Source: a virus
Length of the DNA: 64,000 nucleotides
Reading direction: 5' to 3' (one strand)
IMG/VR virus record: IMGVR_UViG_3300017761_003320
Span: 91,202 to 155,201 of that record
Below the pieces are notes generated by a model. It saw only the letters and a program-made list of their open reading frames with translations, made no database searches and was not told the DNA's origin. The translations under genes were made by a program, and so were the position numbers. Positions 9,606 to 21,500 of this stretch are shown one piece after another. Numbering within the stretch: position 1 is the first letter of the stretch; each line of letters begins with the position of its first letter.

Positions 9606-11455
9606 TGGCTACAAATAATGCGCTAACTGTAACAGGTCTTGATTTTGATACAATAAGATTAAACCTGCGTAATTTTTTAGCAGGCAAGCCTGATTTTGCA
9701 GATTTTGATTTTGAAGATTCTGCCATAGGCACACTAATCGATTTGCTAGCATATAACACATATTATAATGCATTTTATGCAAATATGGCTGCTAATGAAG
9801 GATTTTTAGATACAGCGCAGATTTACGAAAATGTAGCATCTCGCGCAAAAATGTTAGGGTATCTACCAACTTCAGCACGTGGTCCAACTGCTAATGTTTT
9901 GATTAATTTTAGTGTTCTTGCCAATTCTACCTTTAGAACTATATCAATTAACAAAGATACTCAATTTAGAAGTACTGTCAACGGGGTATCTTATACATTC
10001 GTCACACCTCAAACATATGCAATATATGCAAATTCATCAAATCGCTTTAGTGGTTATATAAACATCACCGAAGGAACACCTCTAACTCATCGGTTTCTAT
10101 TTTCAGCATCTAATACATCATTTGTATTACCAAATGCAAATACTGATACATCAAGCATAACTGTTGCAGTCACTACAGCAGGAAATACGCAGACATATAT
10201 TGTCGCTAATGATCTGAATACTGTCAATGCAATATCTAAGGTATTTTTCATAGAACCAGATCGTGATAAGCTGTATAAGATTAGCTTTGGTGATGGTATA
10301 ATGGGCGTTAAGCCATCATTTAATAGCACGGTATCGGTATCTTATCGAGTATGTAATGGTATTCGCGCTAATGGTGCGAATAATTTTACTGCTATTGGAA
10401 CTGTTGGTGGCCAAAATAGTTTTACACTCAGAACAATGAGTCGCGCTAATGATGGTGCGGAACCCGAATCTATCGAATCAATTCGATTTAATGCTCCTCG
10501 TTTATATGAAACCCAAAATCGCGCGGTTACGAGAGAAGATTATCGTCGCTTAATTTTACGCGATAATCCTGATCTTGGTGCTGTGAATGTATGGGGTGGT
10601 GAAGAAAATGATCCACCAATTTACGGTAAAGTATATGCAGCCGTCAAACCAAAAGTTGGTACTCTAATCTCTACAAATCGTAAAGAACAGATTAAAGCTG
10701 GAATCAGACAATATAATGTACAGTCGATTGACTTAGAATTGGTTGATCCGACATATCTTTATGTAGTGCCAACATTAACTACCAGATATGATCCAACTCA
10801 AACAACATTGGCTGCTTCTGAAGTTGTCGCAGCTATTGCAAATAAAATTATAAGCTATGAATCTACAAACCTCAATAGATTTGATGGTAGATTTAGATTT
10901 TCTAGATTTTTGGATTTTATAGATTCGGCCGATGCTTCAATCGCATCAAGCACAGGTAAGATTCAAGTACAGAAGAAATTTAAACCTTCTACTACAGCAC
11001 AAAATACATATACCATAACTTTTAATCGAGCATTATTTCATCCTAGTGCAGGGTATGTGTCAGCAGTATCATCTACATCATTTACGTTAGAAGGACAGAC
11101 ATGCTTTTTTGATGATGATGGATATGGTAACCTTAGAGTATATTATGTTTCTCAAGGTTCTAAGAATTTTGTGCGAACTTCAATTGGTACTGTAGATTAT
11201 GTAAACGGTATCATTAAAATCAATTCATTCCTACCGACAGCTATTGGTAATGGTGGTGAAATCGATCTACGTGTTGAGATCGAAGAATATAACGTATCTC
11301 CAGTGCGTAATCAGATTCTTCTAATTGCTGGTTCCAAAATAACTCTGATCAATGATAATACTGGAGCCATCGATGCAAGACTTGAAACAGTATCTACCTT
11401 AGGTAATACAACAAGTCTTAATTCATCATCAATCGCACAGCTGACAGCTTATTGA
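9605..11455 (+). CDS. gp6: Baseplate wedge subunit
   Basis: LDFDTIR.NL, DFDFEDS....LIDLLAYNTYYNAFYANM, FGDG..G, ESIESIRFNAP..Y.TQNRAVT..DY, WGGEENDPP.YGKV. Confidence 0.95.
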   Translation: MATNNALTVTGLDFDTIRLNLRNFLAGKPDFADFDFEDSAIGTLIDLLAYNTYYNAFYANMAANEGFLDTAQIYENVASRAKMLGYLPTSARGPTANVLINFSVLANSTFRTISINKDTQFRSTVNGVSYTFVTPQTYAIYANSSNRFSGYINITEGTPLTHRFLFSASNTSFVLPNANTDTSSITVAVTTAGNTQTYIVANDLNTVNAISKVFFIEPDRDKLYKISFGDGIMGVKPSFNSTVSVSYRVCNGIRANGANNFTAIGTVGGQNSFTLRTMSRANDGAEPESIESIRFNAPRLYETQNRAVTREDYRRLILRDNPDLGAVNVWGGEENDPPIYGKVYAAVKPKVGTLISTNRKEQIKAGIRQYNVQSIDLELVDPTYLYVVPTLTTRYDPTQTTLAASEVVAAIANKIISYESTNLNRFDGRFRFSRFLDFIDSADASIASSTGKIQVQKKFKPSTTAQNTYTITFNRALFHPSAGYVSAVSSTSFTLEGQTCFFDDDGYGNLRVYYVSQGSKNFVRTSIGTVDYVNGIIKINSFLPTAIGNGGEIDLRVEIEEYNVSPVRNQILLIAGSKITLINDNTGAIDARLETVSTLGNTTSLNSSSIAQLTAY

Positions 11456-11456
11456 T

Positions 11457-13940
11457 ATGAGCATTTCTGGCGCCGAAGAAACCTTTAAAAAGATTTCACC
11501 TCTTATTGAATCGCAGTTTCCTGCATTCATAAGAGAGGATGGCCCAAGATTCGTATCATTCCTAAAAGCTTATTATGAATATTTGGAGCAAACTGGAAAA
11601 GCTGGAGATGCTACCAGAAGCTTAGTAGATTATCAAGATATTGACCGTACATTAGATTCTTTTGTTCAATATTTTCAGCGCGAATTTATGCTGAATATAC
11701 CGCAGAATGTATTAGCGGACAAAAGACTTCTTGTAAAGCATATTAGAGATTTTTATCGAACAAGAGGTTCAGAATTTTCATATAAATTTCTGTTTCAAGC
11801 ATTATTCAATAAAGATATTGAAATTATATACCCTGGTGATTATATTCTTAGAGCTTCTGACGGTCGTTGGGTAAAAGAAACTATAGTTCGAGTAGGTCCC
11901 CCATTTAGTGCTAACCCTACCGTATTTGATGGTCAGATTATTACAGGACAGATATCTGGTGCGGTTGCGCGTGTTCAAAAAGTTTCGCAGGTTACAATAT
12001 TAGGTCAAGAACTATATGAATTTTTGGTTGAAGATGTCACTGGTAGATTTTGGGATGGTGAAATTGTTACAAATCCGCTAGGTGATACGGCCACTGTATC
12101 ATCTCAATTTGGTAGTGTTGTTGATATAGAACAGATTGATAATCCTGGTGCATTTCACGCGGCAGGTGATAATGTCATCATAACATCGGCCGGAGCGATT
12201 GCTTCAGCCAGAGTTACGTCAACAAATGATATTGGTCCAATTTCTTTTAGAATTAATAGAGGTGGTAGCGGCTATCGATTAGGCCAAAGCATCATAAGTT
12301 TAACCGGAGGATCAGGCACAGGGGCGGCCGCAACTGTTACGTCTCTTTCAAATACTACATTTGTAAGTTTAAATACTGATGCTATATCACCATTGCGTAA
12401 TGTTGTGCTTAATACTGGATCAACCTTTGTATCTCTTGGTACTAATACTGCTTCTGTATCTGCAAATTTGGCAACTGCTAATATAAGTTCGGTAATAGGT
12501 GCAAAATTAAAATTTGCTAATTCAATTGCCGGTTCAATTAATGCTATATCTGTATCAAGCGTAGGTGTGAATTATACTTCTGAATTACCAACCGTTACAG
12601 TTAGAGATCAAGTTGTATTTGAACAAAACATTTCAGGTCAAAATGGTAGATTTAAAGGTGATGACGCAGTAATCATTGCTATTCGTGCGCCAGGTGCTAT
12701 AACGGGTCTTGATATAATATCATCTGATCCATCATTTGACAATTTAACAACTGCATCAGTGATAAATTCTCGTGGAACAACTTCAACTACTGATTCATAT
12801 ACAGACAATGCTGGTAGAACAAGATTTACAATACGTAATGAGACTTATAGTGCAACAATTAAGCCTGAAGTTTCAGCTGTTATTACTTTACCAGGTCGCT
12901 ATATCGATACCAAAGGTTTCTTGAGTTGGAATATGCGACTTCAAGATAATGATTTTTATCAAGAATATTCTTATTTGATAAGAGTAACAGAGATTGTTGA
13001 CAAATATAGAGATGTTGTAAAGAGAGTATTACATCCTGCCGGTTCAAAGATGTTTGGTGCTTATGTATTTACAGCTTCTAATATGAATCATATTGATCAT
13101 TCAATAACAGGTATAGAATCTACTAAAAAACCTGTCACTCTTGATGTAAGCAAAGCTGCCGTTAATACTTCTGTGAATTTTTCTGTGGCCGCGGAGGAAA
13201 GTCAACCAGTAGGTTTGACATTTAGCCCATCAGGTAGAAAAATGTATATGATTGGACAAAATAATGATAGAATATATCAATATAATTTGACAACCGCATT
13301 TAATACATCAACAGCTTCATATTCATCAAAAAGCATTTCAATAGCCAATACAACTACATCCGGCCCCGGAGATACAGCACCAACCGATGTAAAATTTCAT
13401 CCTGAAGGTCATACAATGTATATTGTTGGTACCGTTAGTGATAGAGTTTATCAATATACACTATCAACCGCATGGGATGTATCTACAGCAACATATGCAT
13501 CCAAAACTGTGTTAGTATCATCACAAGACACCGCACCACAGTCTCTTGAATTTGGTGATAATGGTTCTAAGATGTATATGTTAGGTTCTACAAATGATAG
13601 AATATATCAATATACATTATCGACCCCATGGGATGTATCAACTGCATCATATGCATCTAAGTTCTTATCAGTATCTTCACAAGAGGCAAGTCCTTTAGGT
13701 ATGGCATTTAGTTTTGATGGAACCAAAGTATTGGTTGTAGGTTCTAACAATGATACTGTATATCAATATAATTTGACTACAGCTTGGGATATTTCAACTG
13801 CTTCTTATTCAGGTAAGAGTTTGAGTGTATCTACTGAAGAAAGTGTGCCGCATGGTATAGCTCTTAGCTTGGATGATAGCAAATTATTTGTGGTAGGTAC
13901 CGGTACAGATACGGTTTATACCTATCTAAGGTCATCCTAA
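11457..13940 (+). CDS. gp7: Baseplate wedge initiator (gp7-like) with C-terminal beta-propeller
   Basis: QFPAFIRED...FV.FLKAYYEYLE, FY.TRGSE.SY..LF, LQDNDFYQEYSY, HPAG. The C-terminus has repeated blades YQY.L.TAWD.STASY. Confidence 0.75.
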   Translation: MSISGAEETFKKISPLIESQFPAFIREDGPRFVSFLKAYYEYLEQTGKAGDATRSLVDYQDIDRTLDSFVQYFQREFMLNIPQNVLADKRLLVKHIRDFYRTRGSEFSYKFLFQALFNKDIEIIYPGDYILRASDGRWVKETIVRVGPPFSANPTVFDGQIITGQISGAVARVQKVSQVTILGQELYEFLVEDVTGRFWDGEIVTNPLGDTATVSSQFGSVVDIEQIDNPGAFHAAGDNVIITSAGAIASARVTSTNDIGPISFRINRGGSGYRLGQSIISLTGGSGTGAAATVTSLSNTTFVSLNTDAISPLRNVVLNTGSTFVSLGTNTASVSANLATANISSVIGAKLKFANSIAGSINAISVSSVGVNYTSELPTVTVRDQVVFEQNISGQNGRFKGDDAVIIAIRAPGAITGLDIISSDPSFDNLTTASVINSRGTTSTTDSYTDNAGRTRFTIRNETYSATIKPEVSAVITLPGRYIDTKGFLSWNMRLQDNDFYQEYSYLIRVTEIVDKYRDVVKRVLHPAGSKMFGAYVFTASNMNHIDHSITGIESTKKPVTLDVSKAAVNTSVNFSVAAEESQPVGLTFSPSGRKMYMIGQNNDRIYQYNLTTAFNTSTASYSSKSISIANTTTSGPGDTAPTDVKFHPEGHTMYIVGTVSDRVYQYTLSTAWDVSTATYASKTVLVSSQDTAPQSLEFGDNGSKMYMLGSTNDRIYQYTLSTPWDVSTASYASKFLSVSSQEASPLGMAFSFDGTKVLVVGSNNDTVYQYNLTTAWDISTASYSGKSLSVSTEESVPHGIALSLDDSKLFVVGTGTDTVYTYLRSS

Positions 13941-13945
13941 AGTCT

Positions 13946-13953
13946 AATAAATA
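13946..13953 (+). promoter_or_regulatory. Late promoter (AATAAATA)
   Basis: Intergenic, upstream of gp8. Confidence 0.6.
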
Positions 13954-13975
13954 ATTTGTCTATGGTGAGGACCTC

Positions 13976-15544
13976 ATGACTAATCTAATAACTCCTTCAT
14001 TTCGTATAAACACATCCGAACAATTTAAGGAAGCTTTTTCTGAAGCTAGCCCTACTCGGATGTATATGTTTGTGGGTAGAATAACTCCATATTCAAATGA
14101 TCAAGTTGCTACAGCAACATCAAATACACTTACGGCCACAACTTTTGATGTATATAAAGATATGGTCGCATTAAAACGTATAAACACAACTGATATCATA
14201 TCCATTGCACCCAGATATAACTGGACAACTGGCACAGTTTATATCCAATATGACAATTCAACAACTAATTTGTTTGATAAACAATTTTATGTTCTTACAT
14301 CAGATAATAATGTATACAAATGCATTGATAATAATCGAGGTGCCGCATCTACTGTCGAGCCGACAGGCACAAGTACATCAATTATAACAACCTCTGACGG
14401 ATATCGTTGGAAATTTCTGTATACAGTAACTACAGCTGATGCACAAAAATTTCTCACAACCACTTATATTCCAGTAAGAGAAGTTACAGCAAATAATGGT
14501 AGCGCACAATGGTCTGTGCAGCAAGCCGCGGCCAATGGTTCTATTGAACATATTGTAATTACATCAAATGGTGCTGGCTATATCAGTACATCAAATTCAT
14601 TTTTATCTATCACTAGCTCTAGCATAGTTCAATTATCAAATAATGCACTTCAGGTTGATGGTGCTTACGTTGGTTCATCAATATACATTTCATCAGGATT
14701 GGGATCTGGTCAGCTACGTCGTATTATACGATATACTGGTACGGGTCGCACGGTCACTGTCAATTCTGCATTTTCTGTGACACCAAATACTACATCTAAG
14801 TATATAATTGCTCCTGCGGTAATAGTTAGCGGAGAAGGTGGAAGTCACACTGCTGTTCGAACAACAGCTTATGTTTCAAATTCTGTTGGCGGACAAATTA
14901 GAAAGATAACAATTTTAACTAATGGTAGAAATTATGGTTATGCTAATGTTAATATAATCGCAAATTCTACATATGGTTCTGGGGCCGCGGCCAGACCTGT
15001 AATATCTCCGCGTAACGGTCACGGTTCAAAAGCTAAAGATGAACTTAATGCCAAAGATGTCATGATGTCAATTTCCGTATCAGGTGGTGAATCAAATACA
15101 TTTCCAACTAATAATGATTTCAGAACCATTGGTGTGATACGCGATCCAGTACTTAGATCAGGCCCTGTTGCTAATTCATCGGTTATTGATCAGTGTCATA
15201 GAATAATTGTTCAAAATGTTACAGGTGACTATACGGCCGATGAAGTAATAACTGGTGGAACTAGTGGTGTAAAAGGTAGAGTTGTATATTTTGCAAATAC
15301 AAATGCTGCTAGAACAAAAGGTATTCTTCGAGTAATTCGTGTCACCACGGATGGTATAGGTAGAGGATTTTCACAAACTGAAACATTAACAGCGGCATCT
15401 TCTGGTGTTACGGCTTCAGTTATAAACGTAGTCAAGCCAGCTATCAGAGAATATACGGGAGATGTCTTATACATAGAAAACAATTTACCTGTATCAAGAA
15501 GAACCGATCAGGTTGAAGAATTTCGCTTCGTCGTGACGTTCTAA
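13976..15544 (+). CDS. gp8: Baseplate wedge subunit
   Basis: RYNWTTGTVY..YD, FYVLTSDNNVYKCIDNN, DGYRWKFLYT, GHG......EL, GDVLYIEN..P..R..DQ.E. Confidence 0.9.
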   Translation: MTNLITPSFRINTSEQFKEAFSEASPTRMYMFVGRITPYSNDQVATATSNTLTATTFDVYKDMVALKRINTTDIISIAPRYNWTTGTVYIQYDNSTTNLFDKQFYVLTSDNNVYKCIDNNRGAASTVEPTGTSTSIITTSDGYRWKFLYTVTTADAQKFLTTTYIPVREVTANNGSAQWSVQQAAANGSIEHIVITSNGAGYISTSNSFLSITSSSIVQLSNNALQVDGAYVGSSIYISSGLGSGQLRRIIRYTGTGRTVTVNSAFSVTPNTTSKYIIAPAVIVSGEGGSHTAVRTTAYVSNSVGGQIRKITILTNGRNYGYANVNIIANSTYGSGAAARPVISPRNGHGSKAKDELNAKDVMMSISVSGGESNTFPTNNDFRTIGVIRDPVLRSGPVANSSVIDQCHRIIVQNVTGDYTADEVITGGTSGVKGRVVYFANTNAARTKGILRVIRVTTDGIGRGFSQTETLTAASSGVTASVINVVKPAIREYTGDVLYIENNLPVSRRTDQVEEFRFVVTF

Positions 15545-15559
15545 GGATAGGAAATACAG

Positions 15560-18500
15560 ATGGCGTCTATTGCTAATACCGTCACGATTTCGACAAACCT
15601 TAATGTCGATCCGTATTATGATGATTTTGATGAATCAAAGAATTTTCATAGAATTTTATTTCGTCCTGGTCTAGCTGTTCAGGCGCGTGAACTTACTCAA
15701 GTTCAATCTATTTTACAAAATCAGATTGATAGATTTGCTGAGCATATTTTTAAAGAAGGTAGCGTTATTCGTGGATGTCAAACCCTTCTTGATAAAGATG
15801 TATTGTTTATTAAATTAAGAGATAGAGCATCGAATGGAACAACCACGGTCAATGTATATTCATTTTTAAATAAAACTATCACGGGTGTAACTTCAGGAGT
15901 ATCTGCTAGCGTTATTAAAGTTAATGACGGGTCAGAAGCAAATACACCAAACTATAAAACACTTTTTGTTAAATTGACGGGCGCCAATGGCCCTATTCGT
16001 ATGTTTTCAAATGGCGAAATTATCAATTCAACAAGTGGTGGATTTACTGCTAATTTAATTAGCTCTGGGGCTACTGGATTTTCGGCCCTGATGAAAATAT
16101 CATCAGGTGTAATCTTTGCAAAAGACCATTTTGTTCGTACAGATGACGATCTTTTAGTTTTATCGAAATATTCATCTAATACATCTGGGAGAATTGGTTT
16201 TAATGTAATAGAATCTATTGTTAAAGAATCTGATGATTCTACATTGTTGGACCCTGCATCAGGTTCATATAACTATGCCGCGCCAGGCGCAGCAAGATTA
16301 AAATTATCTGCTAGATTTGTTACAATTGGTTTGAATGAAACTGCAAGTAATAATTTTATAGAACTTGTTCAGTTAAAAGATGGTGTAATTCAATCACAAT
16401 CAGATACTCCACAATATGGTCTATTGCGTGATTATTTTGCAAAACGCACTTATGATGAATCAGGTAATTATGTAGTAAAGGGCCTAAATCCTAGACTTCG
16501 CGAACATTTATTAAGCGCGAATAACCAAGGGGTATATACTTCTGGTGAAGGTGGAGATTCAGCAAAACTTGTCGTAGAACTTACTCCAGGTAAAGCCTAT
16601 GTGCAAGGTTATGATATTGAAACTTTACAGAGTGCTAGAGTAGCGATTGATAAAGCAAATGATTATGCTTCAGTATCATCGGCTTCTACCATTATCGATT
16701 ATGGTAATTATGTCATAGTTGACAATATTGTTGGTAATTGGGGTGTAAATTCGCAAGCTTTAGTAAGTCTGCGGGCCCAGCAAGCTAATGCCGTATCCAC
16801 ATTATCATATTCAACAACATCATTACCGTCAACACAAATTGGTACAGCTCGGGTTCGTTCTTTAGAACATTATAGTGGCACTCCGGGGTTACCTTCAGCT
16901 CAGTATAAGCTATATCTGACTGATATTAATATGAATTCCGGATTTGGCTTTACAAATGTACAATCCATAGGATATGATGGTGGTGCAGGCACTGCACTTG
17001 GTAAGGCTGATATACTTGGTTCTAATGGTCTTAATGCTAATACCTCAGAATCAGCATTTGATAGGGCCGTTTTTAGATTACCTGCAAAATATATTAGGCG
17101 TCTGAGAAGTACTTCAGGTACAGTAGTATCTGATTTTAGATTTAAGAAATCATTTGATATTACTTTTGGTACTGCAGGTACTGCAACGGTTACAACAGGT
17201 TTAGCTAGCGAAACGTTCTCAGGATCAGGTGCATTATCTGCATCTCTTGGAAGAGCAAATTATTATGTGGTTGCGCGAGGGTCGGGTAATACCGGTGCAA
17301 TTGGCACACTGCGGTTAAGCACAACAAGTGGATCCAATACAATAACGCGTTCAAATAGCTCCATTGATTTGACCACACGTATTAGTCCAGGCGAATTGAT
17401 TCGTGTTGCAAATACCGGTGATTTCATTGTAACATCTGTATCTGCATCATCTTTGACGACTCTTTCTACAGCAAGCGCAACCAGAACAGGTATGAGGGTT
17501 CACAAGCTAATTAAGCAAGGTCAAATTTTAGATTTTGGCGGAAGCGGTGGTCTTGCTGGCACAGCTCGTAGCATAACTGTATCATCATCTACTCAAACTG
17601 ATTTTGATCTTAAAGAAACTCTTGGTTCATCTATCAATGCTACTGTGATAGCAGAGTTAAACAAAGTTGATGGACAAGAAGCATCTAAGACAGTTAACCG
17701 TAACCGACTGGTTCAAATTAGAGTTGGGTCTGGTGGTGGTACATCATATGTGGCCAATACTACAGGGCCCTGGCCTCTTGGATTATCAGATGGTTTTAAA
17801 TTATTATCTGTACGCAAAAAGTCCGGGTCTAATTTTGCCAGTCTGACTGAAGGTACTGACGTAACAAATAGCTTTGTGCTTGATTCAGGTATGAATGATA
17901 GCTATTACAGTCATGCACAATTAGTTAAAAAGCCTGGTGCTGGGATTAGCATATCTTCTGGTGATAGATTGCTTGTAAAGCTTGATTATTTTATACATAG
18001 CTATTCAACTGGTGTAGGATATTTTTCTGTAGATTCTTATCCTGTGAGTGATGCAACTGCAGGAACAGATACCACAAAAATTTATACATATGATATACCA
18101 AGATTTACATCACAACGTACAGGTATCCTTTACGATCTTAGAGATTGTATTGATATACGTCCAAGAATGACGGATACTGCAAACACGGTTACCTCGCTTT
18201 CAAATATATCAATAAATCCAAAACTATCAACATCCTTTGATCAACCGTCCGGTGGTCTGCGATTTATGTCAACTGGTGATACATTTACTACGGATCTTGA
18301 TTACTATCTGTATAGAAATGATAGAATAGTTTTGGATCGTAAAGGTATATTTTCTCTAGTAAGAGGCGTTCCATCCAATAATCCGACAACACCGGATGAA
18401 CCATTGGATTCCATGTCTATTGCTACTATAAATTTAACTCCATATCCATCTCTGCCTGATGAACAAGCACGTAGAGTCGGAAGAACAGATCTTGCATCTA

Positions 18501-21500
18501 AAGTATTTCCTATTAAGAACCCTAGATTTACTATGAAAGATATTGGTGTTCTTAGAGATAGAATTGAAAATCTTGAATATTATACAACTCTAAATTTATT
18601 AGAGATGGATACCAAAAATCTATTGATTCAAGATGAAACTGGTAATAATAGATTCAAGAATGGTATTTTGGTCGATCCATTCTACGGCCATAATGTTGGA
18701 GATGTTACTAATTCTGATTATAAGATTTCTGTAGATTCAGCTAAGGGTGAAGCACGTCCACCGTTTAAGCTAGACAATTTTGAATTATTCTATAATTCTG
18801 CTAATTCATCAAATGTGGTTCGTACGAATACGACTACAGGTGGTGTGGCTAGAGATCAGATAGTATTCATTTCAAATAGTGCCGCTGCATTTGCGAATGG
18901 TCAGACTGTAACCGCAGGTGGTGCATCTGGTACATTAAGATTTAAAGTCAATAACAAACTGTATATTGAAAATGCTACTGCAAATTTCTCTACAGGAGCT
19001 ACGGCAACAAGTGGAGCTGTATCATCTACAATTTCTGGTGTATATGCAATTCCACCTGGAAATCTTATAACTCTACCATATACACATGAAGTTTTTGTTC
19101 GCCAGCCATTTTCTTCTACTACAAAAAATGCAGCAGGTTTATTTTGGAAATGGAATGGTAGAGTATTTTTAAATCCTGATAGTGATTATTGGACAGATAC
19201 TGTCCAATTACCTGATGTAAATGTCAATGTTGATAATTTTGATGATAATTGGGCGCAAAGCGGGGCCTGGGGTACTTCTTGGAATAATTGGCAAACCGTT
19301 TGGCAATCATCATCGGATGCAGTTGTAAATAATACAACAGTATCAACTCAAGGTGATGCTACAATAGCAACAACAACAAGTACCACTACAACTACAACGA
19401 CATCTGGTCAAGTTAGAGAAGGTATTCAGTATTCACTAACTCCAGTAACAACTACAACTAATTATGGCCCAAGAGTCATATCAACAAACATACAACCGTT
19501 TATGCGGTCTAGACCTATTAGATTTACCGCAACAGAAGTTAAGCCTGGTGCAAGATTATATGCATTTTTTGATGGCACACCAGTATCAGAATATGTAACT
19601 CCAACCAATTCATCCTTTGCAAATACTGCTAGAGAAGGTGGTCCGCTTTTTTCGGCTGCTAATGGAAATGTTTATGGTATATTCAGAATTCCTGCTGATG
19701 AAAGATTAAGATTTAGAACTGGTACATTAAGATTCCGTTTGTCAGATTCACAGACAAATGATATATCAGCAGGATCATCTTTGACTTCAGCAGAAGGTTC
19801 ATATTCATCGCAGGGATTGACACAACAAACTCAATCTACCATAGTATCAACTACCAATCCACAAGTTGTTATGACGGCCGTATCTGAAAGTCAAACTGCA
19901 ATTACTAATGCAGTATCAACAACAACTACTTCAGTTAGTGCATCAGTTACTCAAAATATTACAAATGTAATTAATGTTACTCAAGTTGTACAGCAACCAG
20001 CCCAAGAAGATCCAATAGCGCAATCATTCACTGTTAATACTCTTGCGGTAGGTAAAGTAAATGGTTCTGGTGCATTTGCTACAAAAGTTGATCTTTTCTT
20101 TGCATCTAAATCCACAACACTTGGATGTGAAGTCCATCTAAGAGAAATTGATACATTATCAAATACTATAACACCCAGGGTAGTTCCATTCAGTACAGTA
20201 TTTTTGCAACCAGCAGAAATAAATGTAAGTGATAATGCTTCTGCGCCAACACCAGTATATTTTAGCGCACCTGTATATTTACAAAATGGTAGAGATTATG
20301 CAATAATAATAAAACCAGTAGGTAATAATCCAGATATAACTTTGCATATCTCTCGTTTAGGTGAAGTTGATAAATTAACAGGTAATAGAATAACTTCTCA
20401 ACCAGCCGCTGGTATGCTATTTGCTTCAGCAAATGACAAAGTTTATACAGCGATTCAAGAAGAAGATTTGAAATTTACACTTTATGTTGCAAACTTCCAA
20501 AATTCATCGGTAGGTTCTGTAGTATTTAAAAATGAATTACGTGATTATTTGGAAATTGCAAATGCATCAGCAGCTTTTATTCGAGCTGGTGAATTAGTTC
20601 ACGGTGAGACAATTCTTGTTGGAACATTTGCTAACACAAAACATGTAAATACCGGAGTTACTTATGTTCAAGGTATGACTTCGGGTGCTACTGGAACCAT
20701 ATCACGGTTTAGCACATCACAATTACGGGTTCGTAATGTATCATTGACTTCAAAATTTAGAGGTGGTGAAACTATTCGCATTCGCAATACAAATGCAACA
20801 ACAGGTGTCATAGTTGGTAATTCGACTGGGGGTATCACCTCAGCAACAACACCAACTGGTCGCGTAGCATATTTTGATGCGGTATCATTTGCGAATACCT
20901 ATTTGCATCTGGCAAATGTGGCCTATACAAATAGTGGCGCAGCTTCTGGTTCAGGTAGAGTTTTCTTTGCTAATAACTGGATTCGCGGTCAAGTTAATGG
21001 AGCGATAGCTCGCATAGTTAAACTTGATCGTCTTCAGGCCGATGTATTAAATATATCTACTGATTTCTTGACACCAACAAATACCGCGATAATTGTATCT
21101 GGTAAATTTGCCACAAGCAATAGCAGTAGAGATACCTCATATATCAATCTTGATGTAAATAATAATAATGAATTTGCATCACCTAGATATGTGCTTAGCC
21201 GTAGTATGGAATCTAATACTTCGATTAGTGGTACTTCAATGGGTGCAGATAGATCAGCAGAAATTAAGACCTCATTGATTAGCTTGAATAGATATGCATC
21301 ACCAGTTCTTGATGTTCAACGCATTTCTGCTATCATAGTGGAGAATTTGATTAATAATGATACAACTGGTGAGGCCAATACCGCAAGTGGTGGTAATGCT
21401 TTAGCAAAATATATTACTAGAAAAATGACACTTGCTGATGGTCAAGATGCGGAAGATATTAGAGTTTATCTGACTGCTTATCGTCCACCTGGATCAAATG

